A DNA stretch of 24,654 nt from a virus (taxonomy: Duplodnaviria; Heunggongvirae; Uroviricota; Caudoviricetes): positions 1-24,654 of the IMG/VR virus record IMGVR_UViG_3300045988_113752. The stretch is one strand, 5' to 3'. Positions 9,345 through 17,011 of this stretch are shown here, piece after piece. A program made the position numbers and the translations under genes. The first letter of the stretch is position 1. The number at the start of each line of letters is the position of its first letter. The notes beneath the pieces are model-generated. The model searched no databases. It saw nothing but the letters and a program-made list of their open reading frames with translations, and had not been told where the DNA came from.

Positions 9345-12300
9345 TGCCAGTTTATGCACAAGCTGAAGATCTTAATAACGGACTGATCCCGTCAGGTAAT
9401 GTTTTGCCGGAACAAACTGGGTTTGATGTTGCCCTTCCGGAAGGGGCTAATCCTGAGCCATTGCCACCGGAGCCTTCCGTATGGGGGGCTGCAATGCGAC
9501 AGAACAATATTCTGGCTGGTTTTTTCCGACCAGCCAGACAGTTTGAACCGGTCGAAGGTTATAACCCATATGCTGATAAAAATGAGTTGCACGGTTATGA
9601 ATACTGGGGGGCGAAATTTGCAGATTCCCGATCGCCAGAGGAAACGGCGTGGATTAAGCAGCAGATAGATGATGAAAATGAAGACAGACGTTTATTGTCT
9701 GATGCTGGCGTAGTTGGAACCCTTGCCAGTATTGCTGCGGGAATGGATCCGGTTACTGTTGCGTCAATGTTTATCCCCGGTGCTCAAGGAGGGGCACTGG
9801 CGCGTATTGGCTCACAGATTGCGATTGGTGCAGCCGGTACAGCATTAAGCGAGGTTGTGCTGAATAATCAGCAAATAACACGCTCATGGGGTGAAAGTGC
9901 CGCTCACATTGCAGCGGGTGCGATGATGAGCGGCGTGTTTGCCAGTGCTGGTGTTGCGCTTTCGCCATCCGTCCGGGCTGCAGCCACGCGTGAGGTTGCT
10001 GATGCTCTTGATAATATGAGCATTACATCAGCGACTGACAGGGCTGCCGCTTCGCTTTCTGATGGTGGTAGTGTTGGTGCTATGAAAATTGATACAGCGA
10101 CTCTGGATGATTTAACCCCTGTTTCCGGTGGGGTGGTTGGAAAGGCTGCATGGAAAGCAGGGAGCTATCTTACTCCTTTGACAAGGTTAATGGAGTCTCC
10201 GTCCAAGACAGTGCGAAAAACAACGCTGGAGTTAGCCGAAAATAATTTCACCCTTAAAGGAAATGAAAGGGGGATTGAAACACCGGTAGCTGTAGAAACC
10301 CGTACACGTGGATGGCAGCGTGAAGAAGCTGCTGTTGTTGTCGGAAATAAACAGGCATACGCAAAGTATAAAGCTGATGGTGGTGACATGAGTTTTGATT
10401 CATTTCGTCAGCAGGTTGGGAATGCTATGCGAAGCGGTGATGTGCATGCTAATCCTGTTGTTCAGGAAACGGCGCAGGCGATGCGAACTGTATTAAATCG
10501 GGTGAAGGTTGAAATGCAAAAGCTTGGTTTATTGCCGCCAGATGAAGAACTGAAAGCATTAGGCCAGGCAAGCTATTTCCCACGTATATATAAAGTTGGA
10601 AAAATAATCAGTGAACGCGATAAATTTCGACGTATTTTGGTTGACTGGTGGTCGAGAGGCAATAAAACACTGGATCCTGAGGATGCTGAAATTGCAGCGG
10701 ATATCGTAATTAATAAAATTACTGGTGCTAAGGTTCCACAGGATTTTGTCAGCGTATTTTCTGTAAAAGCCGCAGGTAGTACGAAAGAAAGAACATTAAA
10801 TGTGCCTGATAGTCTTATCAGGGATTATCTCGAAAGTGATGTGAATTACGTTCTACAACGTCATATCCGTGAAGCGGCAGCAGAAATTGAGTTGACGAGA
10901 ACATTTGGCAAACGAACTATGACAGAGCGTCTGCAATTAATTGAGGACGAATATGACAGTCTGTTACGGGAAGTGCCTGAAAAAATAAAGGCAAAATATG
11001 ACGAAAGTGTGGCAAATCTGAAAGCACGTTATGAGAGCAATGGTGAAGTTGTTCCTCAGGGTAAACTCGATTCATTAATGCGAAAGTACGAAAAGGAATT
11101 ACGGAAAGAACAGTCCAGACTTTCAAAATCAAGAGCAAATGATCTCAGAGACATAACAGCATTACGCGATCGTCTTGTTGGTACATATGGTATGCCTGAT
11201 GACCCGTCTTCGTTTTTTGTTCGTGCTGGCGCTTTTCTGCGGGATGTGAACTTCACGACAAAACTCGGTGGAATGACAGTATCAGCTATTCCAGATCTGG
11301 CCAGAGGGGTTATGGTTAATGGTTTCCGTAACTCCATGAAAGGCTATGCTTCTCAGATATCCCAATCACCGGCATTTAAGGCCAGCAAAGAAGAGATGTT
11401 GAAGATGGGGATTGGATTGGAAACTGTACTACATTCACGTTCTCGTGCAATTGGTGATCTTGTTGACAGTTCTTCCAGGACAACAGCAGTCGAAGCAGGA
11501 ATGGAGCGAATTACTGATGCCTTCGGCAAGCTGACACTCATGGATCGATTTAATGACATAAACAAATCCATGAACGGAATGCTCACGTCAGACGGTATTT
11601 TGTCTGGTGCGTTTTCTGCACGTCGCATGGCAAAACTCGGTATCAACGACAATATGGCTGCGCGTATTCGCAGTGAGTTCGAGAAACATGGTGAGGTAAT
11701 TGATGGATGGCACATTGGTAACTTTGATAAATGGGACGATCAGTACGTTGCCGGAGTATTCCAGTCAGCGGTTCTGAAAGACGTTAATAACACTATCATT
11801 ACCCCCGGTATTGGTGACACACCTTTATGGGCGAGTACTCCAATGGGGCGAACGATATTTCAGTTTAAATCATTCACAACGGCTTCATACAACCGTGCGC
11901 TACTTGGTGGGTTACAGGAAGGAACTGCGCAATTTTATTATGGCACTGCATTTCAGATTGCTCTTGGCTCACTGGTCTATGCGCTTAAAGAAGCATCGAA
12001 AGGGAAAAATGTTGACTGGTCACCAGAGAAGCTGGTGCTTGAGGGTATAGATAGATCCGGTATTCTTGGGCCATTGATGGAATATAACAATATGGCTGAA
12101 AAGGCTACTGGTGGTGCTGTTGGGCTGGGGGCTTTATTTGGCACTGGCACACAGTCTAGGTATGCCAGTCGTGGATTCGTAGGATCTCTATTCGGACCGT
12201 CATTTGGTCTTGCGGATAGCATCATTGATGTGACCGCAGGAGTGTTGAATGGTGATGCCGGTGATCGTATTGTGCATAATGTCCGAACCCTGATACCCGG

Positions 12301-12358
12301 CAATAACCTGTTCTGGATTGCGCCACTAATAAACCAGGTGGATCCGGTGATGCGGTGA
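9344..12358 (+). CDS. Large internal virion/ejection protein (hypothetical)
   Basis: 1004-aa ORF coupled (TAATG) to the upstream gene. Last gene of the structural operon before the AT-rich accessory region. Confidence 0.6.
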   Translation: MPVYAQAEDLNNGLIPSGNVLPEQTGFDVALPEGANPEPLPPEPSVWGAAMRQNNILAGFFRPARQFEPVEGYNPYADKNELHGYEYWGAKFADSRSPEETAWIKQQIDDENEDRRLLSDAGVVGTLASIAAGMDPVTVASMFIPGAQGGALARIGSQIAIGAAGTALSEVVLNNQQITRSWGESAAHIAAGAMMSGVFASAGVALSPSVRAAATREVADALDNMSITSATDRAAASLSDGGSVGAMKIDTATLDDLTPVSGGVVGKAAWKAGSYLTPLTRLMESPSKTVRKTTLELAENNFTLKGNERGIETPVAVETRTRGWQREEAAVVVGNKQAYAKYKADGGDMSFDSFRQQVGNAMRSGDVHANPVVQETAQAMRTVLNRVKVEMQKLGLLPPDEELKALGQASYFPRIYKVGKIISERDKFRRILVDWWSRGNKTLDPEDAEIAADIVINKITGAKVPQDFVSVFSVKAAGSTKERTLNVPDSLIRDYLESDVNYVLQRHIREAAAEIELTRTFGKRTMTERLQLIEDEYDSLLREVPEKIKAKYDESVANLKARYESNGEVVPQGKLDSLMRKYEKELRKEQSRLSKSRANDLRDITALRDRLVGTYGMPDDPSSFFVRAGAFLRDVNFTTKLGGMTVSAIPDLARGVMVNGFRNSMKGYASQISQSPAFKASKEEMLKMGIGLETVLHSRSRAIGDLVDSSSRTTAVEAGMERITDAFGKLTLMDRFNDINKSMNGMLTSDGILSGAFSARRMAKLGINDNMAARIRSEFEKHGEVIDGWHIGNFDKWDDQYVAGVFQSAVLKDVNNTIITPGIGDTPLWASTPMGRTIFQFKSFTTASYNRALLGGLQEGTAQFYYGTAFQIALGSLVYALKEASKGKNVDWSPEKLVLEGIDRSGILGPLMEYNNMAEKATGGAVGLGALFGTGTQSRYASRGFVGSLFGPSFGLADSIIDVTAGVLNGDAGDRIVHNVRTLIPGNNLFWIAPLINQVDPVMR

Positions 12359-12369
12359 GTTAAACACCT

Positions 12370-12933
12370 TTAGCATGATTCAGGGGAAACCCCAATATTA
12401 AATATGAGTGTCTCCCCTGAATCAGCATAATAATGTAATATTATTGACTTACGTTGTTTTCTTGCTTCGTAGAATAAACGCTCTTGCGGCGATAATTTGT
12501 GAAAACTGCCGGATGCACAATATATGTTTTTTAACTTTTCGCGGGTTTCTTTTATTGTATCTTCTGATATGTATTTTAGGTATTTATCCGTATAGATGTT
12601 GCTACTATAAGAAATTAATGTTTTGCTGTTGTTGTGATGTATTGTATTTTTATCGTTGAAGTCTGTATTTTTATTTACTGTCATTAGGTTTTTAATGATT
12701 ACATGTAATACAATAGTCTCCCCATCATCAATTCCATATTTGATGTCATAGTCAGTATATTTATTTGTTATACCGCTTCCTGATAGCGGCACTATGTACT
12801 CTGAGAAAAATGAGTTTGCCGCGTGACTATCAAGAGCAATAGCAGTTTGTTTGTGGTAAAAATAAAACAATATTGAGAGAGTCAAAATAATAGCGACGCC
12901 TAATGCAACCTTTAATATAGATATGGTTTTCAA
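12370..12933 (-). CDS. AT-rich accessory gene: signal-anchored or secreted protein of unknown function (candidate superinfection-exclusion-type moron)
   Basis: The track ORF (12370..12981) starts at TTG with no RBS. An internal TTG at 12933 has a perfect AAGGAG 7 nt upstream and gives N-terminus MKTISILKVALGVAIILTLSILFYFY, a signal peptide or anchor. The region is strongly AT-rich compared with its flanks. Confidence 0.45.
   Translation of the reverse strand: MKTISILKVALGVAIILTLSILFYFYHKQTAIALDSHAANSFFSEYIVPLSGSGITNKYTDYDIKYGIDDGETIVLHVIIKNLMTVNKNTDFNDKNTIHHNNSKTLISYSSNIYTDKYLKYISEDTIKETREKLKNIYCASGSFHKLSPQERLFYEARKQRKSIILHYYADSGETLIFNIGVSPESC
12377..12423. other. 11-bp inverted repeat (gattcagggga ... 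tcccctgaatc) with 25-nt loop, at the junction of convergent genes
   Basis: Perfect inverted repeat read directly from the sequence. It overlaps the 3' end of the minus-strand ORF. Confidence 0.3.
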
Positions 12934-13023
12934 AATATCGCTCCTTGTTGTAACATACATCAGTAATGTGGCGTTTTTCAATTGTATTAAAGACGTGTAA
13001 TATGTACACGCCTTTTGCTCTTC

Positions 13024-13455
13024 CTATTCAGGTATTTCAATTCCAAAACCATCTGCATCCCATGAGTTTTCACAGATGATGTAACCTAGTTCATTGAGCT
13101 TATTAAATGTTTTTTCAAAGATGATCTGGTAATCATTATCTGCAAGTGATTCCAGTTCAAGGTCATTAAGGTTTATATAAAAACTTGTATGTCCAAGTGT
13201 TATTTTCTTATTAATTTCATTAAAGGTTCTTTTGAAAATAATATTTGATATTTCATGTCGTGCATTGTTTGCAATGATTTTTGCTTCATAAGCAGAAATT
13301 ACGTCATCTTCATGAATATCTTTCAGAAAACTGGTGTCAAGACGTTGTACTATTTCAGCGTTCATTGATCGCTTATTGGCTTTTGCAGAAATTTCTATTT
13401 TTTCTTTTACTTCGACGGGAAGTCTGATCCTTAGTTGTGGATCTTCTCTGCTCAT
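13024..13455 (-). CDS. Mnt-like ribbon-helix-helix repressor with ~100-aa C-terminal extension
   Basis: N-terminus MSREDPQLRIRLPVEVKEKIEISAKANKRSMNAEIVQRL resembles P22 Mnt/Arc RHH domains as I recall them. Transcribed divergently from the Arc-like gene. Start chosen at the ATG giving MSRED; the track ORF starts 10 codons upstream. Confidence 0.55.
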   Translation of the reverse strand: MSREDPQLRIRLPVEVKEKIEISAKANKRSMNAEIVQRLDTSFLKDIHEDDVISAYEAKIIANNARHEISNIIFKRTFNEINKKITLGHTSFYINLNDLELESLADNDYQIIFEKTFNKLNELGYIICENSWDADGFGIEIPE

Positions 13456-13575
13456 GTTCTTCACCAAATATTGAGTTACTTGCAATGATTGAAGTATGCC
13501 TCACCGTGTGCTTGACATCAATGACGCACGGTGTGACAATTATTTTGCCCCACGGTGGGGCTAAGGAGATATGAA
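13456..13575. promoter_or_regulatory. Divergent promoter/operator region between the Mnt-like and Arc-like genes
   Basis: TTGACA at 13512-13517 with a weak -10 (gacaat) 17 nt downstream on the plus strand. Inverted half-sites CACCGTG (13502-13508) and CACGGTG (13527-13533) flank the -35; a third CACGGTG lies at 13551-13557. Confidence 0.45.
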
Positions 13576-13743
13576 ATGCAAAAAGCAAAAGAGATGTGTC
13601 AACGACGAGTTCGTTTTCCGGACGATGTGAAGTTAGCTATTGAAAGAAATGGCGAAAAAGAATGCCGAAAGTTCAATACAGAGATTATCTATCAGCTGAG
13701 GAAAGTGTATGGACTCACTGGTGAGAAGAATAGCGTGGCATAA
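13576..13743 (+). CDS. Arc-like ribbon-helix-helix repressor
   Basis: 55 aa from ATG 13576, with taaggag 8 nt upstream. RVRFPDDVKLAIERNGEKECRKFNTEIIYQLRKVY resembles P22 Arc. Directly upstream of the antirepressor gene. Confidence 0.6.
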   Translation: MQKAKEMCQRRVRFPDDVKLAIERNGEKECRKFNTEIIYQLRKVYGLTGEKNSVA

Positions 13744-13814
13744 AACAGCGAAGCCCCACGGTGGCCAGACCGTCAGGGCTTCAGTATCGTAAAACTACGT
13801 ATAGGAATTAACGA
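13742..13814 (-). ncRNA. Candidate sar-like antisense RNA covering the antirepressor RBS/start
   Basis: Minus-strand promoter TTGATA-N17-TATACT (plus coordinates 13849-13844 and 13826-13821) fires antisense across the ant RBS (13802-13805) and ATG (13816). A strong hairpin (13750-13782) is followed on the minus strand by GCUGUUUUA. Predicted length is ~70 nt. Confidence 0.4.
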
Positions 13815-13815
13815 C

Positions 13816-14754
13816 ATGACGAGTATAGCAACAGCAGTATCTACTATCAACGTGCCATTCCACGGCGCAGAGCTTTATGTTGTCAATCACAACGGCGAAC
13901 CGTATACCCCAATGAAACCTATCGTTGAGGGAATGGGGCTAGACTGGAAATCTCAACATAAGAAGATTTCTCAACGCTTCTCGAAGGGTATGGTGGAAAT
14001 CACCATACCTTCTGCCGGTGGGGTGCAAGCCATGATTTGTATGGCTTTACGAAAATTGGCAGCTTGGTTGAACAGCATCAGCCCTAACAAAGTCCGCCCT
14101 GAAATCCGCGACAAGGTAATCCAGTATCAGGAAGAGTGTGACGATGTGCTCTACGAGTACTGGACTAAAGGCCATGTGGTTAACCCACGCAAAGCTAAAA
14201 AGGCGTTGCCGGGTAAAATAACAACTGAACAGCAGGAAGCCATTAAACAACTCGTCATGAGTCGCGGTCAGTCTCTGCCAAAAGAAAAACAGGCTAAGGC
14301 GATGATCACCATGTGGTCGTCACTGAAATCTCATTTTGGCTGTTCGTACAAAGAAATTGGTGAAGATCAATTTGCCGAAGCGTTGTCTCTTGTTGCTCGG
14401 GTTCCGCTTGAAGGGGAGTATCTCCCTGCTGGATCTGCATCAGAGAATGATGAAGTGGCAGTCAAGATGTTAGATGCGCTTCGTGAGGCAATTAAAACAC
14501 AGACAAAATGTTATGGTTATCCACTGAAGCCCGGCTACCGTAGCCTGATTCATTCGCCGTCTGGTGTTCTCGGCCTGACGGAGAACTCACTGCTGATGAA
14601 TCTGCTGAACCAGTTACAGGAAGACGGGCACGATGTATCGGGCGCGGCGGCGGAGCTGACCACCATGTTCTGCTACATCGTCGGTGTGAGCAAATGCCTG
14701 CGTGATATCCAGACGCACGCGGAATACATCAACGACAAGGCAGGGTTCTTCTGA
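13816..14754 (+). CDS. Antirepressor-like protein (Ant-type N-terminal region plus shared C-terminal domain)
   Basis: 312 aa immediately downstream of the Arc-like gene, in the immI-like arrangement. The C-terminal ~78 aa are identical to the C-terminus of the Bro-N protein at 16006..16698. Confidence 0.55.
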   Translation: MTSIATAVSTINVPFHGAELYVVNHNGEPYTPMKPIVEGMGLDWKSQHKKISQRFSKGMVEITIPSAGGVQAMICMALRKLAAWLNSISPNKVRPEIRDKVIQYQEECDDVLYEYWTKGHVVNPRKAKKALPGKITTEQQEAIKQLVMSRGQSLPKEKQAKAMITMWSSLKSHFGCSYKEIGEDQFAEALSLVARVPLEGEYLPAGSASENDEVAVKMLDALREAIKTQTKCYGYPLKPGYRSLIHSPSGVLGLTENSLLMNLLNQLQEDGHDVSGAAAELTTMFCYIVGVSKCLRDIQTHAEYINDKAGFF

Positions 14755-14774
14755 CAGAACGGCGGCACAGGGAC
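14521..14774. repeat. Inverted repeat, left copy (~253 bp, ~97% identical to 15988..16240 in reverse complement)
   Basis: Aligned by hand: about 6 substitutions, all synonymous in the coding part, plus a small indel just after the stop codon. It encodes the shared antirepressor C-terminal domain. Confidence 0.8.
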
Positions 14775-14804
14775 GTGCAAAACGAAACTAGCGTGACATG
14801 TCAC

Positions 14805-14829
14805 AGGCCGCTTTCGCGGCCTTGTTTTT
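14805..14829. terminator. Bidirectional intrinsic terminator (AGGCCGC-tttc-GCGGCCT then TGTTTTT)
   Basis: 7-bp GC-rich stem, TTTC loop and T-run on the plus strand after the ant stop. It sits between convergent genes and is preceded by the perfect palindrome GTGACATGTCAC (14793-14804). Confidence 0.5.
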
Positions 14830-14989
14830 AACGAATGCCACCGCCGCCAGGGCGGGAATCCGCAGAACGCCCACCGCAGCGGGAGCCGTCAGCGGCAGTA
14901 TCGCTGTCGTGCTGACAACGACCGGCAAAGGCCTGAGTTGAAGCTACCAGAGACAACAAAACGAACAGTGCAGCAAATGCTTTTTTCAT
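14828..14989 (-). CDS. Small secreted Cys-containing peptide (hypothetical)
   Basis: Internal ATG at 14989 gives MKKAFAALFVLLSLVASTQAFA, a classic signal peptide, followed by a ~31-aa Gly/Arg/Asp-rich mature part with 2 Cys. The track ORF extends to 15061. Confidence 0.4.
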   Translation of the reverse strand: MKKAFAALFVLLSLVASTQAFAGRCQHDSDTAADGSRCGGRSADSRPGGGGIR

Positions 14990-15082
14990 TGTGAAATTTC
15001 CATCTATAAGCCACCTCAATGTGGCGTCAATGAGTGTAGCACTGACTTTTGTTTCGTCCACAAAAAAGCCCGCAGCGCGGGC

Positions 15083-15631
15083 TTACTTTTCTTCAGGTTT
15101 GTTGTCTTCAGATTTCTTCTTGATGCTTGGTTTTTGTCTAAGAACGAAAATACCAGCCACTGCAACAACTGTACCGATCACTGTGCCAGCTAGAACTTCA
15201 TGACCTGTTAAACCTAATAATGTTGCACAAGCTACTGTAAAAATAGTTGCACTCAGGCCAAACCACTGCCCACGTTTATCTCTATTAATAGCCCCGTCAA
15301 GTGCCTTTTCCTCCATTTTCTGGCGGTGAGCAAACTCCTTCTCCGTCAGCTGGAAGATGCGTTCGGGGGCATCAGGTAAAATATCCTGATACCCGCGAAG
15401 CAGATAGGGGGGAGGAAGCGGACCCTGAAACGCATGGTGAGCGACAACTATCTCCTGAATTTCAGGGCGATCAAGAACTCTTGTGAAGGCATCTGGGTGT
15501 TGAATGATCTCGTTACTTAGCCCTTCCTCAACTTCCTCGAACTCAGTTTCTTCGTTATCACTTGGTTGCCCAATAGATTTTTGCATATTTGTCGAAGGAC
15601 ATTCCTTTAGCTTCTGGTTTTCCTCTTGCAT
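15083..15631 (-). CDS. Membrane protein with acidic N-terminus and two C-terminal TM helices (DUF2335-like by memory)
   Basis: 182-aa ORF with aggga upstream. Contains a PPPYLLRGYQDILPDAPERIF motif and two hydrophobic helices near the C-terminus. Its 5' end overlaps the upstream gene by 74 nt in another frame. Confidence 0.45.
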   Translation of the reverse strand: MQEENQKLKECPSTNMQKSIGQPSDNEETEFEEVEEGLSNEIIQHPDAFTRVLDRPEIQEIVVAHHAFQGPLPPPYLLRGYQDILPDAPERIFQLTEKEFAHRQKMEEKALDGAINRDKRGQWFGLSATIFTVACATLLGLTGHEVLAGTVIGTVVAVAGIFVLRQKPSIKKKSEDNKPEEK

Positions 15632-15884
15632 TTGAGTTTTTCCCTGTCACTATTGCCCATTTTCCGCCAGCAGGCGCTGCAATTTTTTTTCCGTTCTTTA
15701 CTATATATTCAGCATAAACACGATTTTCTGACCGTCTGAGATCGTCTCCGACCATATTCATGTCTCTTGATATAACTTTGACGACAGAGTCTCGGTTTAA
15801 AGCCTTGGCATAGTTGGAGCCAGGAACGATACCCAAAGGGGTGCCAGACTCTATAGCCAGCTCCTTGACATATCTTCTGCTCAT
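15558..15884 (-). CDS. Hypothetical protein (108 aa), basic
   Basis: The track ORF starts at TTG 15899; ATG at 15884 is preceded by GAGG at 5-nt spacing. No recognisable family. Confidence 0.4.
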   Translation of the reverse strand: MSRRYVKELAIESGTPLGIVPGSNYAKALNRDSVVKVISRDMNMVGDDLRRSENRVYAEYIVKNGKKIAAPAGGKWAIVTGKNSNARGKPEAKGMSFDKYAKIYWATK

Positions 15885-15987
15885 ATGAACCTCAACCAAT
15901 CGACTTTACCAATCGGGTAATTTTAAACATGAGTATAATGCTTTTAACTGCAACGAGTGTAAACAATTATTGATAATTGTAGGCACA

Positions 15988-16240
15988 TCCCTGTGCCGCC
16001 GCCCGTCAGAAGAACCCTGCTTTGTCGTTGATGTACTCCGCGTGCGTCTGGATATCACGCAGGCATTTGCTCACACCGACGATGTAGCAGAACATGGTGG
16101 TCAACTCCGCCGCCGCGCCCGATACGTCGTGCCCGTCTTCCTGTAACTGGTTTAGCAGATTCATCAGCAGTGAGTTCTCCGTCAGGCCGAGAACACCAGA
16201 CGGCGAATGAATCAGGCTGCGGTAGCCGGGCTTCAGTGGG
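15988..16240. repeat. Inverted repeat, right copy (partner of 14521..14774)
   Basis: Reverse complement matches the left copy at ~97%. It encodes the C-terminal 78 aa of the Bro-N antirepressor. Confidence 0.8.
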
Positions 16241-16698
16241 GCGCTGTAGGTTTTGTTCTCTACCTTCATTGCCTGCATCACTGCTGATGCTGTGGCGTTG
16301 GCTACCTGGTCGGCAACCATCTTTATGCGTTCTTCCTGCGGGAGCGAGTTTTTAATGTAACTTCCGGTGCGGCGGATCTGAGGAAGAACCTCACCTGTAA
16401 CCCATTCAAGAAATCTGAATGCTCTCGTTCCCTCAGTCATTGCCTCTTTGCAACGCAGAATAAGGATGTAGAGACCTGATTCTGAAACGATGGATAGTTC
16501 TTGTATTCCACCAGGGGTCTGTATTGAATACAGCCCCTTTTTGTTCCAGCCTTTTTTATCAAGTTTTCTCGCTTGTGTAACATCAATATTCAAAGCATTG
16601 CACACATCTTTGGTGACAAACCAAGGTTCTCCGTCAATCATGAACATACGGATCTGGCAGGATGACTCAAAGGAAAAGATGGAAGGTTTGGTATTCAT
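16006..16698 (-). CDS. Bro-N domain antirepressor with shared C-terminal domain
   Basis: Start chosen at ATG 16698 (AAGGTGA 5 nt upstream), giving MNTKPSIFSFESSCQIRMFMIDGEPWFVTKDVCNALNI, a Bro-N/antirepressor N-terminal signature. The C-terminus is identical to the Ant at 13816..14754. Confidence 0.65.
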   Translation of the reverse strand: MNTKPSIFSFESSCQIRMFMIDGEPWFVTKDVCNALNIDVTQARKLDKKGWNKKGLYSIQTPGGIQELSIVSESGLYILILRCKEAMTEGTRAFRFLEWVTGEVLPQIRRTGSYIKNSLPQEERIKMVADQVANATASAVMQAMKVENKTYSAPLKPGYRSLIHSPSGVLGLTENSLLMNLLNQLQEDGHDVSGAAAELTTMFCYIVGVSKCLRDIQTHAEYINDKAGFF

Positions 16699-17011
16699 AG
16701 CGATCACCTTTGTAGTTAGGTTAATCACCACCGCTGAGACCAATCAGATGGTGGTGAACTGTGCAGAGTTGGTCTTACCGGCTACAAAGGAACCCGGCGC
16801 ACCTTTCGGTGCCCCCACACAGCCCACCATAGAATAGGTGCGCTTTACACATAAAAAAACCGCTTATGCGGCATATGTGCCTCTGTAGTAATCCGGGAGA
16901 CCAATCCCGGCACTGGATTTTGCCAGTGCCCGATTACTATGGCACAAGAGGAGTGCAATGTAAATTTACCGAAAAGGTAAATATAAGCACTCCTATTGGT
17001 AATTTCAAAAC

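Noticed and set aside
12408-12659. 83-aa plus-strand ORF in the AT-rich island
   Set aside because: Antisense to the better-supported minus-strand gene. Low-complexity Leu/Ile/Cys-rich translation expected from AT-rich DNA.
14521-16240. Inverted repeats as a site-specific DNA inversion switch (shufflon- or Gin/Min-like)
   Set aside because: No invertase or recombinase gene is present in or next to the segment. The repeats are long (~253 bp) gene 3' ends rather than short crossover sites. Inversion would not change either antirepressor product because the repeats are identical at protein level. Homologous recombination or domain duplication explains them better.
16893-16930. tRNA or tmRNA in the structured intergenic region
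   Set aside because: There are two stem-loops but no cloverleaf, no T-loop GTTCRANNC motif and no 7-bp acceptor stem. No tRNA-like sequence was found elsewhere in the window either.
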